A DNA stretch of 64,000 nt, taken from Callorhinchus milii. Its lineage: Eukaryota. Positions 14,460 to 28,500 of this stretch are shown piece after piece. The DNA lies in contig NW_024704742.1 of NCBI RefSeq assembly GCF_018977255.1, positions 52,702,001-52,766,000 on the forward strand, in the 5' to 3' direction. Below the pieces are notes generated by a model, which was not told the origin of the DNA, did no database searches, and worked only from the letters and a program-made list of their open reading frames with translations. Each line of letters begins with the position of its first letter. Within the stretch, counting starts at the first letter, position 1. The position numbers and the translations under genes were made by a program.

Positions 14460-15409
14460 ATATCCGAATATGAATTTTAGACACGTTTGCTTATCAGCAT
14501 CTCATCTCACTCAGAAGGCAGTAAATTCACTGATAGAGGACAATGTTTGAAAGTTAGAAAATACTTTACTTGTAGAAAGTTCAGTAAACAGTTGTCATTT
14601 ACAGAAGATGTAAATTAGTGGACAATTTGCTTAGTTACATTTCCGAAATAATCTTTGCAGATTAGTTTTCTGACCAGAGATACCCATCTTCATTACGATG
14701 GATTTCAAGTCTTTTCCCTGCTTCCAGCTTCTGGTTTGCTCCGACTCCAATAAGCACTCAGCGACACTATCCAGCATGAAGGGCACTATATAAACGCACG
14801 TTGTTGTTGGTCCTTGAAAATCAAACACTCAGATATTCATTTTTGCTCTTGTCCTGTGTTCCTCTCCCCTTACTGTGTTAACAATCACTCTTTATCTTCT
14901 CTTGCCCCTAAACAGTGTGAATACACACCTGCCTGTCCTTCCTGAACACGTTACAGAGTCCATCCGAACATTTCTAAAAAGATGGCCTAACTTTAAAGGT
15001 AGCTCAAAGCACCTAGGTCTTAGCCAAGCCACTACTTCATTCCTCTGCAGATGTCAAACAGATATTTAATTAAAACATTCAAATCAATTAGACATGGGAC
15101 CATGTCAGAAGACCATTTCCTCTGCACAATGCAGTTATTTTGTAATGTTTCATTTATGCATGAAGTGGCGTTTTATTTCCATAGGCTGTAAGTCCACCCT
15201 GTTGTAAATTTTAAGATTGAGCAGAATTGTGAAAAATTATTGAATTTTGTCTTAATTGGGTGACAGTCATTTTATGAACTGCAGAAATTAAGACTGAATG
15301 TAAAGTGTATTTACAATTCTGTGCAATCTTAAATGTACAAGAACTTGATCAAAGACTAGATGGACCTTTGGATCTCTGATTGCAAAATACTAGACATGTG
15401 GTTCCCTAT

Positions 15410-15870
15410 ATCTTTTGTAACATCCTCCCTCAATTTTTCCAAAGCCTTCCTTGCCAGTCTTCCTAGCTCCACCATTAAAAAATGATTAATTAAAAACTCC
15501 ATCACCCATATTCTCACCCATACAAAACTCTGCACACCCATCACCGCAGTCCTTGCCAGGCTCCACTGCCTCCTTTTGCAGAATGGATTGATTTTAAGAT
15601 TGTCATACTCACGTACAAACCACTTCATGCCCTGGCATCTCCCTACATCTCTGACCTGCTTCATACCCCTCTCACTCCTCTACTCGCTCTCTTCGCTCAG
15701 CTGGCTCCAACCTCCTGCAAGTCCCTTGTCCCCTCCTTTCCATCAATGGCAATTGTGCTTTCAGCCAATGCCCCCCGAGCTCTGGAAGCCTCTGTCTCAA
15801 TCCTTCTGCCCCCTCCATTCCCACCTTCAGATCACACCAAGACATTTTCCTCTTCGATCGTGCCTATAGT
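15410..15870 (+). mobile_element. Degenerate L2 fragment
   Basis: Similar to 34020-34470 (cccatcaccgcagtccttgccaggctccactg). Confidence 0.7.
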
Positions 15871-16173
15871 CTCCATATAAATTGATCATTTGCCTCATGG
15901 AACCTAGCTGTGTGAAAATGACTGCTGTGTGTCAGTCATGACTGTCAAGTGATTTTGTAAGGAAATGTATATATATAAGCTCTTTATTAATGTAAACACA
16001 TAAAACATAATTTATTCTTCTTTATCAGAGATGTTAAGCTACAACACTGTTTTAATACTAATCCTTGCATTCGATCAGTGCCTTATTATGTCAAACCATC
16101 TCAAAGCAGAAGAGATGAGCAAATTTATTTGACTATTTCTAAAACATTTCTAGCTGTTTATTCATTTAAGTAC

Positions 16174-16179
16174 TTTATT
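16174..16179 (-). terminator. Candidate polyadenylation signal (AATAAA) of the CNBD2-like gene
   Basis: First AATAAA about 140 nt past the stop codon; further copies near 16157 and 16124. Confidence 0.5.
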
Positions 16180-16318
16180 TAAGTCCAATCATCAATGTCA
16201 GAAAGTGCCTTAAAGTGACATTAATAACTGCTTAAAATAATTACTTCCTTGAACACCCAATTGCTTATTCAATAACCTCCTACACACAGAATTATTGTGT
16301 TCTTCTTGAATAGAAGCC

Positions 16319-16561
16319 CTAAAAAGTCATCTTTCCTAGATTTGCAGAAGTCGGCTGAAGCCTAGCTCTGTCACCCAGCAGTTGACCAATGAGCCTAGTC
16401 TTGTAGCAGTTCCATTCCTGCTGTCTGGCATAGCTCTCTCTAATCCTCCGCTCATTAGGGTAGGTTTTCACTAGCTCCAGTGCTATTTGTCTGGACTTAA
16501 CTGGTGCCCCCTCAAGAAACAGCTTTTTGGGGATGAAAATGCATTCTGCTCCCTCACTAAC
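16319..16561 (-). CDS. CNBD2-like terminal coding exon ([15 protein letters not shown]...KMTF*)
   Basis: ttttctgtctgcAG acceptor; 80 codons plus TAG; C-terminal YP....I...Y..Q..W..YK motif resembles CNBD2. Confidence 0.92.
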   Translation of the reverse strand, partial: VSEGAECIFIPKKLFLEGAPVKSRQIALELVKTYPNERRIRESYARQQEWNCYKTRLIGQLLGDRARLQPTSANLGKMTF

Positions 16562-19500
16562 CTGCAGACAGAAAACAAGGATGTCCCATTATTATAACAT
16601 ACAATTTAAATGGTTAAATTGAGCTATATGCACATGTGAATTAAAAAGATTTACAGCAAATGAAGTAAATGATCACTTTTATCTGGGACATTGTTGGGCA
16701 GGACACGGGGAGAAACTCCCTTCTCTTTTCAGGTAGTTTCCTGAAATCTTTAACATCCACCTGAACAGGTAGACGGGAGCCACTGTCTCTATTGTGATTC
16801 ATTGTGTAATAGGCTGCTTCTTTTATAATTAAACACAGATCAATGTAACGTTATGCTGTATATCATTCACTTCTTGGTGGAAAACTATGTGAAAGCTCTT
16901 TTGAATTATTTTTTCAATCAATGGCACAGAGTTTTATGTACCACAGGAATATCTTAAACCCAGCAAATGATGAAATAATAAACATATACACCTGGTTAGG
17001 ATGAGATTATTAAAATTTACATTGTGATCAAATTGGATTAGACGACAGTTCAACGTCTCGGTATGAACACAATCTAGTTGCATCAGAGCAGAGTTCCCAC
17101 AGTTAGCATGATGTATTTCCATTTTCTTTATTAAGGAATCATTTGAGAAACTGCTACATGTTAGACACCTGTATGGGTGACAATTAGCCAGTATGAGTTA
17201 CTGTCTTCCTCTTTGAGTAGATTTAAAAGTTTGATAATCATCCATTTACTCTTCTTTGGAAGCTTCATGTTTTCTATGTTATGATGTTGGCCACAGTTAC
17301 TATTTTCAGTTTTCATCTTTGGTGCATTTGAAGTGATTGATGGACTTGTGATAGCTCTGTGTAGGTTGTGAATATAGGTTAATGAATTTGTTCCTAGTCA
17401 TTCCGAGAAGATATTTTAATAATTTCAGCTAATACCTGAGGTGTCAATGTTAATGTTTGCAGGAAACCCAAATGTAATAAAAGTTGGATTCAAACTTTTT
17501 TCTAAAAAATATCGGTCTCCAGAAATACGAGTGGGGAATAAAGGAAGGAATGGCTAAAGTAAAATAAAATCATTATTACCCAAAATTTTACTCAATCGTA
17601 GCCTGTAGATGATTTTGTCTAAATAAGTAACATTGTGCAGTACTATGGAAAATTCTTAAATTCAGTCTTAATTTGAAAGTACATCGCTTTTGAAGAACTG
17701 TGTAAAACTGGCTTTCAATTTAAAACCAAATTTAAGAATTTTCCACAATTCCGAATCATTTTATATTTCATATAAATTTTATATATTTTTATATATAAAA
17801 AATTCATATATATTTTATATGGTCTAAACAGGCTACAGTGGACATTAAAGATCCTTTGGGACTATTTGAAAAAAGAAATGAATTTCTCATAGTGTCCTGG
17901 CCATCAATCCTCCAAATAAAATCAGTTCATTCATTTCATAGCTGTTTGTGGGATATTGCTGTGTGCAAATTGGCTACAGCATTTGTCACCAATCACTATA
18001 CTTTACAGAAATGCTTTGAGACAATCTCAACATATGTGTAATATTGCTATTAATTTTCTAATGTTAGTAAATCTAATTATTAGTAGATGAAATTGATGTT
18101 TAAATAGCTTCTCAATGTCTGTATTTTCAGTGTTACTAGAAACAGATGACAGTACTTCCATTAGGAAATTTCACCCAGTGGTATATTTGTTATTAAATAG
18201 TTCAATGGAATTTTGATCATGATATTGTATTAATCCCGTTTTTAACACTGTGCAAATTTTCATTCATACCAGACTCAATCGCAGGTCGCAGAGACTGCCC
18301 AAGATATCTGTCAGCCCCTGTGAACAAAAACATCAATACAAAGCAATTAATAAGATTAAAAGCAATAAGTGCAAATGGCAATAAAAATTCCTAAATTGCC
18401 ATTCCTAAATGTATCCTTTTTTCCTGTTTGCCAGGAATATTAAATAAACTTATCAACTTATCAAGCGCTCCCAGATGCTACCCTAATTGAGGGATACTAT
18501 ATAAATGCAAGTTGTTGCTGTTATTGCAATTTTTCTTCAGGAAAGAACACCTCCCCCCCACCCCCCACCCAGCCTGACTTTCAGAGAATAGGTTCTCAAT
18601 CCAAGTCTTGGATTGAGGCAGAGTGACTGGGGGATGGAATTCCAGAGGTTGGGGACAGAGTGGCTGAAGGCTTTCCCGCCAATGGTGGGGCAGTTGGGTC
18701 GGGGGACGTGGAGAAGGCCGGAGCCGGCTGAACGGAGGGAACGGGCGGGTTGGTCCGGGATTAGGAGGTCGCAGAGGTAGTGTGGGGCGAGGCCATGGAG
18801 GGCTTTGTATGTGAGGATCAGGATCTTGAACTGGATCCTCTGAAGGATAGGGAGAACAGAATTGAAACAGCACCAACTTTTTTTGTAATGTAGAGAGAGA
18901 ATCATTTTTGCAGATTCCTAGCCACTAGAGCTGTATTTTTACTTTTAAAATTATCCTGGGTCACTAACTATTGAAGACATGCAAACTACGTGCTCTCTAT
19001 AGGCTGATTAAAGACTTCCTTGATTATTGTAGATTGGTGTAAATGATATGTTTATATTGAAGGTAATGTGAATGGGTGATTTCACAGTTCTTATATACTT
19101 AAATACATGCAGGAGAAGCAAATAGAGTGTTGTGGGATTAGGAGGGTATGGTAATTCATGATGAATAAAAACACTGCCACAAACAAGTTGAGCCGAATGT
19201 CAGCTTATAAATTGACCATATTCTATGTAATTCTATATAATATTGGTGTACTCTAAATGTTAGGGTTTTGGCTTGCACATCATGTATAGTTACGGTACCC
19301 TCATTAGTATAGTAATCCTAACTCTTGCGTAATGCTATGTTTTGTGGGCTGATTGCATATGTTTTATTTATCATAGTACAGTATAAATTAAAAATCTTAA
19401 ATTGTACTTAAATTAAATAACTGCCGCCCACTATATAATGAAAAATGCCATAGCCCAAAGTGCGAAAGTTGAAAGAGTTTCTTTATACCTCTGATTCAGA

Positions 19501-22500
19501 TGCCCTTATGTAATTTATTAATCCACTATGAAATAATATCTACAGCTACATTCATTTCCATAGCTACTACGGAAATTAAGGATTGCACAGACAATGACTT
19601 GACTTGTTTATAACTGCACAGTCACTACAGTAAATCCTATAAAGCATTTTGATGATATCATAAGCTATTCAAATGCAAGGATTGTTTTTTATTATTACAA
19701 TCTGCATATAAAGCCTGAAACCTGAATAAAAGGGTTTTGATATAGAACAAACGTCAGATCTACAAACTGGTCATAGAGTATATCATTGAAAACCAATGAA
19801 GTAGCAATGAGGCAGAAACTAATGATTTGCTGATCCAACACAAGGAAACGGCATACATTTATTTGGATGTATTACCTGTGGGTGGCAGAACTCAATGGAA
19901 ATTAATGAAGCTAAGGCATGTGGGACATTGATACATCATAAATGAATGTGCTAGCTGCATTTTTGAGGTGATGTGATGTTGTAATGGCTATGACTCAAAT
20001 AAACTTAATACAATCATCAAAACCTTAGCAGCAGAGGACTGAATTTATAATAATAATCGGTCCATTTGATGTAGCACCTTTCACCTCAGGAGAACATCCC
20101 TCAACCAAACTCCCAAACAAAGCCATATGGGCATAACCTAAGTCATTTGTCTTCAAATTTCAAATCATGCATAACGTTGGAAAATAATCTTCAATTCAAT
20201 CTTAATTTAAAAGCCCTTTTCTCTGCAGTTATTGTAAAACAAGATTTTACATTTTGGGACAATAGCCTTAAAGCTAATAATCATATGGAAATTTGGGTCT
20301 TATCTTGAAATCTCATTTGGACTGCCATGATCTTAATTCGGCGTTAAACATTCCCTCATCCTCAGCCAGGCTACTGAATAGAGCACTTATTATGCTGAAC
20401 ATTCCATATTGAAGAAGGAAGAGTTATGAGGAAGGAACTGGAAGGACTACCATAAATAGCACTTGCATTATAGAAGTTGTGGTAGATGTATATTCAATTT
20501 GTCTCTCTTTTCAGTCACTGTGAGAGGTAGTGCGACATTGCCGGATCCTGGTACTATCACTAGACAGCAGTGTTGGCTGGAGAATTAAGGTATGTAGACA
20601 TGATGTGAGCTACTTCAGTAGCACATTCAATAGGAAATGGAAGGTGAAACCCTCTGAGGTGAAACCCTATTAAAGACAATTAACTCTTAGATATTGCTAG
20701 ATAATGCTGCATGTTCAAGCCCTACAGACAAAGAGATATGAGAAAATTAGATGATGCAAAGGGAGCGAGACTCACTGAGAGGAGCTATTTTGCTTTCATC
20801 GGTGGTGTTTAATTGTTGACAATGTTAGAAGATAAATAATACTAATAATAATCCTTGCATTTGGCATAGTGCCTTGGACAAATTCCTCCCAAAGTGCTTC
20901 ACGGGATTTACTGTGAAGTGGAGAGACTGTATTTGTGGGTGAATAATTTGTATTTGCCTACAAAATACAAGTCCACTACAATTTACAGTAAATCCTATGA
21001 AGTGGTTTGAGACATCCACTTGATATGAAAGGAACTATATCAATGCAATGATTATTGTTACTTGTATTATAATTTTTATTTTATTATAATTATGTAAAGT
21101 AAAAATTGGATGCATTTCTCAGATTGGTTTAAATATAGTAGAGTTTAGTTTGTGATATTTCTTAACGGATTCCTCAATAAGGAATCTGAGTTGGGAAAAT
21201 GAAGGCTATTTCCAGTAACCACCAACAACAACTTGCATTTACATTGCGCCTTTCACGTCGGGAGGATGTCCTAAAGCGCTGAACCAGAACCACATCAACG
21301 ACAACATGCAGGAACTTTGCTCCAAAGCTATCTACTTTCAGATGGAATTCTTTTGGGTTCCTGTCAGAATTCCAATGGGATTCCTTGTTCATGAATCTTC
21401 TTAAAAAATACTATTTTGGGGGGAGGAAACCGGCGTCTCCTTAGGGTTGAACTGACTCCATGTTGACATGCTTGGCCACACATTGTCAGAGTCGAGTAAG
21501 ACCTCTGTGGTGGTCGCCGTAGTCCTGTTCCTGAGCCAGGCAAGTCTACAATACAATGCTGATGGCAGCTCAGCCAGCCTGGCTCATCAGCAGAACTTGC
21601 AGGGATAGACCAGTCCCTGGCATCAGGGACTCTTCCCTCTCAGCTACCTGCAAGTCAAAGCCATAACAAGTATGGTGGCCCTAGCTGGATAAGTAGTGGG
21701 AAAGCTTACCAGACAGTAGCAAGCAATGTGATTTCAGCTCCAGTAGTATTGAACCCTCAATCAAGTTTAGATAGTCTTAAGCACGATGATGCATTTCCAC
21801 ATGTTTTGGACAGTTGAACTCAAAAAAGTGTCACAATTTTGATCCCATTACTACAAACTTTTGAGGTACTTTATATTCAAGAAGAAATTATGGTTATGTT
21901 GGTATAATCCTAAATTCTAACATTATAATTACAATGGAACTACAAATTCAAACTGTGAATTCAAACTGTGTTTGAAATACAGTGATTAATGTGGGGCTAT
22001 ACTTTTCCGTAATATTATTCTTTCATATACTTTATGTTTTAACAAAATCATTGCATCAATGAACTTGGGAGAAGATTTTTAATATTTATATTTCATAGTA
22101 TTCAATTACATTTATTTTACAGGTAGAAGAGATGGAATTCAGTCTCCCTTGAGATACAATTTCTTTTAAATGTCCTCTGTTACTAAGTAATGACATAGAA
22201 ATGGAATTAAGTTATGTGGGCTCGCTCACAGCTCTATTGCATGTTGGCATAAGTTTAAATTGTTGAAATCACTGGTGTGTATGTGAGGTAGGCGTGAAAG
22301 GGAATATGTTTGTCTGAAAGATGGAGAAAGACATTGAGTGAAGGAGAGAGTATGTGTTTAATGAGAGCGATGGAATTATTCTCTGACTTTTGAGTGAGAA
22401 AGAACTTTTGATCATTTTTAGACTCTTGGTAGAGAAAGTCTATCAGTAGTTATCTGCACCAGATTGTGTAATACAATTACAAAATCCTAATGCCAGAAAA

Positions 22501-25500
22501 ACATCCAATCATTCTGTAACACAACTTATTACAGTTAAGCATCAGAACAAACCAAAAATTAACATCCTTGAACCCAGGAATTTATTCTTTACCCAGAGGA
22601 TAATTACTGAAACATGAACCAGGAAGGGTAGTTGAGGCCAGGACACTGGATTCATTCATAATAATGAATAATAACAATCCTTTGATGTAGAGCCTTATCA
22701 CATCATTGAAATGCCTCAAAGCACACGGAACAAAGCACATGGAATATACTGTAAAGTGGATTGACTGTGTATTTTGTGGGCGAATCACGACAGCCAATTG
22801 AGGATAGCAGTGTCCCACAAACAGCCATTGAATGAGTGACCAATTTTATTTGGGGTAATGTTGGTTAGGAGACCAGAGAAAACTCCCATCTCTTTTCAAA
22901 TTATGCCAAGGGGTGTTTAACATCCATCTGAACAGGCAGATGGAACGTCGGTTTAACATCTCATCCAAAGGACAGCACCTCCCAACAATGCAACACCCCC
23001 CAAGCACTGCATCAGAGTGTTAGTTTAGATTATGTGATTCCAAATCCAGACATAGGGCTTGTGGGGCCACAACCTAATGATTCAGAGGAGAGAGTGCTAC
23101 CACTGCACCAGGCTGACACACTTTTATAAAGCAGCTTAATGTTGTGATGGAAGGATTTGAGGGTGGTTATTCTGGAAGGATAAGATCAGTTGGGCTGAAG
23201 GGCCTTCTTCATCCAAACCAATCTTGTGATATCTTGTGATAACCTTCTGACTCAGAAGAGCAAGGCTGCCAACAATATGCTAATGCCGTAAACAAAGTTG
23301 TTGAAATTGAATGGAAAATAAATGAGATGCTGTTTCTCAGTCTGAGTCTGATGTCTTTGGGCTCATTGAATACAAAAAAAGGTCAGTGTCACTTTTACTA
23401 AATTGTTACATTCAACTCAAATTGTTATTGTTTGCATATTTCCCTAGCCAATACATCAATGCTGAAGCCGATTGTAGAAGCTTCTTCTGTTGGTCTGTAT
23501 CTATGGCACTACTAATGAGGAGCTAGTCTTGTAGGAGACTTTATGCCCTCCCCCCATTTGAAATAAGAATATAATAGGATCAACAGAATAGTTTATCATT
23601 TTGGAATAAAACATCAATTTTATTACCTGCCTGGGAACTATTGAATCAGTATCTCTCCCTCCTAGTCTGCTTCATTTAAATTACCAGCTAGAGCTGCTCT
23701 AAAGAAACATCACGGGGCTGCTGCTTTACACTGCTCTAGGAAATGCTCCCGAATATTATGTATAAACAGCATGAATAGCAGGAGGCTTAGAATGTCACTG
23801 GTCACTACTTTTCTTACTAATCAACATCTACCATTGCTGAACCAGTTTTCAAACCAATTGGGTAATTTGCTATTGATATTGATCCCAAGGATTATTGATT
23901 CCTTGGGACTTAGTTTTCTCTTGTACAATCTTAGCAAATGATCCCTGAAATTTGTGTGAATTCTATGCATTGCCCTCTCATCCCATTTAGGGTACGTTGA
24001 AAGTGTAGGACATTGGGATTAGGATGGCTGGCTTCTTGGAGGAGCAAACACAAACGATGAGCTAAATAGCATCTTGTTGTTTCATATATTTCTATGGGTC
24101 GATGGTTCATCAACTCATTTAGTTACCTCCTCAAACAATTAGTATTGATTTGTGATTCACAAAGCCTATTGTTTCTAGATCAATGCAACTCTTCCTTATG
24201 TCACCTGCACTCTTTAGATGAGCATTAATACCACTGTATAGAATGCCTTAAACTGTATTACTTTCAAAGTTACACTGGCTCAATTGCCAAGTGAATATAT
24301 TAGCTCTTCTCTGGTTATCAGTATGGGAATTGCTATCTTCTATCTCAAAGTATTGAACTAATAAAAATATTAACCAATTCCTCACTCATTCATTATGAGG
24401 TGTTTTGAGATGTTTTGAACTAATAAAAATATTTTTTTATTATAAGGTGCTATGTCAAATGCAAGAATTGTTATTGTTATTTATGGTCTCTACATATATG
24501 AAGATCACCCTAAGAGTATTGAATTGCTTCATTCTTTCTTTTGTTTCTAGTTCACGCTACAACTTTGATTGACAGTGAATTTCTAATCTCAAGTTGTACA
24601 TGATTTATTGCCATCTTCTTAATTTTTCTGTCACTTTCCTGACTGCATTATACCTATTATAAAACAAATGTGAAAAACTTTGAAATAATCAGGGTCTCTT
24701 ATGAAATCGGCAAGGCTGTTCGATATGTGAATAATCTCATAATATAAAATATTTGCATATCTCAGTAGGTTACTGTTAACAACAAAAACAACAAGATTAC
24801 ATTTGTATAATGCCTTTCACGTCGGGAGGACGTTAAATCTTTGACAGGCACTTTTATGGCCCACAAATACAGTCAATCCACTTTACAATATATTATGTGA
24901 AGCGCATTGAGACATCTCAATGATGTGATAAAGCGCTATGTCAATTGCTAGGATTATTATTATTATTATTATTATTATGACAACGGCTTAATGCTACCCT
25001 TGCTAGTGCATAAAGTAAGGCCATCTGTGAAGTCTAGAGGCCAATAAATAAGATGGACTAACATTAGTGTGTCATGAGACCTGTCTCAGGAGGCCACTGT
25101 CACTCTCTCTTGCTCGAAGTTCTTTACCACTATGCAATTCTTTCCAAACAATCTGTTCTGTAGTTTTGAATCAGCTCACCAATTCACTCTGTTGTGACAT
25201 TGCAATGGATGATATCTTACCATTACCAAAATGCTTGTACTAATTTTACGAACAAATATGCTTACATGTACAAGCCAATGATTCATTGTATATTGTCATA
25301 TTAATTATTTCAGTTGTTACCAAGAACCACCAATATCAATTCTAAAATGTTACTTTATGTAATCTATAGATGATGTTACAGAATATGATACACTAAATAG
25401 AGAATTAAAATTTGGTAAAATTATTTTTTTTAAAAACTTACAAAAACACCTCCTTGTTCCAAAACTCCTATTTTCAAAAATTTAAATTGAGAGGACTCTG

Positions 25501-28500
25501 TCAGCTTTACCTTTGGCGTACAAGGATCCTTTGAAAGATAAACAAATTATTTGTATATAAGCACAGTACATAAATACTAAAGCAACCTGTAAGATAATAT
25601 GGAATAGCTTCCCCAATGCCCTTGTACATAAAGCCACAATCCCATAAAGCACAAGGCTAAACAGATCAGAACATGGCACGTTTGTGCTCAGTTAGCAGTC
25701 TGGGTGCTCTAAGTGGCTTCTGCTATCCGGGGTTAGAGAAGGTAAATCCAGCCAAGACTCCTGTCCTGATGGGTGTCCAGTGACTTGCTCGAATGTGCAA
25801 GTGTGGATCTTTGGTACTAACGGAATCTAGTTCCATGATGATTCTCCCTAAATCGGTTTCTCCTCACTTCAAGGTTTTTTCACACACCTATAATTGATGC
25901 TTGGAAAAGGTACTGGAGGGTGACAGATCCCAACAGTGATATCAAAATCCTACAGTAACTCATTGATGGTGCTCTACTGCTTAAAAGACCAAACACAGGA
26001 CTAAAAATCACATCTTTCCAGATTTTAGATTCACTTTGAAATATTCAGTTGGTTCATTTTAAGATGTCTACAGGCTTTTAGTTTGAGGGAATTGCATGTG
26101 CTCCCAAAATGGTGCTTGTGACCGATGCACCTCCTCAACAAAATTGACCTCCTGCTCTTCAAAATGTTTCCTTTATGCATCCTTCAGCCGTGTGGTAAAT
26201 GAATTAGTTAATTTCCAATTAGTTATACTATTTAAATCAGTTAGTAAAAAATATTTTTGATTTGCTAGCTTAATTTGCCATTGATAGGAAATTACCAGTC
26301 AGGATATAGCAAATATTGTCGCAAAAGATTGGTGGTAAGTTTACATGATGAATCCATAAAATTGCACCAAAATAGCCTTTGTGCCCTTATGAAGGATGAT
26401 TTCAGCCAATATCACTGCAGTATGAGTCACATGGGGCATCATCATATCAGTTTGTTATAGCAGCAGAGCCATCCACCTGATCCAAAGCACAGAATTTGAT
26501 GAGTGTACAAATGTAATTGAAGGTTGAATGTAAGCAGACCTCAGCTTCATTCTAACCCCTGTTTGTCAGTGTAAACAAAGTATAAGGCTTTTATCCATTC
26601 TAAACGGCCTTTGGATCAAACCTCTACTGTTGTGCACATTCCCTGTGTATCAATTAATAATTTAGTGATCTATTCTTCAGCACATTTTGCAGACATAATT
26701 CATTCAGAAGTAACCCACAAAGACACAATGGAAATTACCTTTTCCTAAATGAATTGAGTTTTTATGTTGCTTTTGGGTGCACCGCCTGTGTAAGGATTTT
26801 GCATTGGAGTTCATTGAAGTGAGTACAGTGTAATTGGACCAAGTGTTAACTGACTGACGGCGAGACCTTCACTCACATCCAATGGCTAGGAATCTCTGTC
26901 CCCTCAAAAGAGGATTCTTGCCTCTATTTTCTTCAGGAATCTGGTCATGTTGATATTTAATTATGTTGCTAGCAAATCTTAACTGAACCTTGTTACAAAT
27001 AATCCAGTAAAACTAGAGATTCTATCAATAATTTGCAAACTTTAAAAACCAAACATTTGCCATTTAAAAAAAATTAAAAACTTGCTAAATGCTCAGAGAT
27101 CTATTTGTCCATAATATGAATAGATAAATAAAAGAACTATCAGGATTTGTAGCACAATAATTTGGTTCCTATCATCTCCCTAATTAAAATATGTTTTGTT
27201 TGAAATATGTGGAATCTATAATATACAGAATGCAGAAATGGTGAAAAGATAATTGAGAAGATGGAGGGCAGTAGACATAAATTAAACTAGCTCATTTGGA
27301 AAGAACATATAAAGCATTACCTTTATTTTGTGCAGTTCTTTTCAAGGTATTAAATATACAATTAATGGAATATAATAATCCTTGCTTTTGATTTCACACC
27401 TTTCCCATAAGGAGGACATCTCACAGTTCTTTCCAGAATATTGTACTGTAAAGTGTACGTGACTGTCTATTTTATAGGTGAACATGGCATCCACTTTGCA
27501 CACAGCGAAGTCCCACAAGCAGTCATAAAGTGAATGAACAATTATATTTGGGGAAGTGTTGGCCAGGATACCAAGAGAAACTCTCTTCTCTTTTCAAATA
27601 GTGTTATGGGATGTATAACATCTACCTGAACAGTAGACGGACCTCAGTTTTAATACCTTATCTGCAGCATGGCACCTCTGACAATGCAGCACACTACCAG
27701 CTCTGCACTTGAGCATTACCAACTGACCCAGGCTGACGCACAATATTGACAGAAATCAGGAACTAACTAATGGCCCATAAATGTGTCTCACCGGCTGAAG
27801 GAAATTGTGAGTAGGACTTGATGGAACAAAGTGAAAAAATCTTTCTGTGATATAGTAAATGAAAAAGAACTAGTGAATAGCACATATCAAAAATGCATGC
27901 ATTTTGTCCCAGAATTTTTCAAGCAAAAAATGTTTTGTTTTGTTTTGATGAATTTGAATCATTTTCCTGAAAATATCAAGCAGAACATCAACGGAGGAGT
28001 ACAAGTGGCATAAATGTGCAAAACAAGCATCTTGACCCATATAACATCATCCACAATGAATGCTTTTTCACAAGCTGTTTATTATGTTTTTTAATTTTTA
28101 ATACGCTATCTGTTTAAATTCAGCTTAACTCACTTGCACGGAGTTGAGCACCACCGAGTGCTGTGGTCAGATTTTTACTCATTGGAACGATGCCTGACTT
28201 TACCAGAGATGAATGCTATAGAATAGGATTCTGAATTCAGGCATTGTACTGAAGTGCATGAATTATGTGCACTTTCAATCTACAGCACTCTGAATATTAT
28301 GTTCAATGTATTTATTCACTTTATAGTCATACAACTACATCATTAACTTTGTTTGTTTCCAGCAAAGAATTCATACTTGTTGCACATTTTTATTCAACTG
28401 ATAGCAAATTGCAATAATAAGAAAATAAAAACATAAGAAAAGTCAGCATGAGAAAAGGCTATTCAGCCTACTGGAGCTTATCCCTTCAGTACATTATCTC

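Noticed and set aside
17757..17820. AT-only quasi-palindrome
   Set aside because: Low complexity.
28134..28215. Minus-strand exon-like segment with a GTGAGT donor
   Set aside because: Stop codon in the phase required by the gene model.
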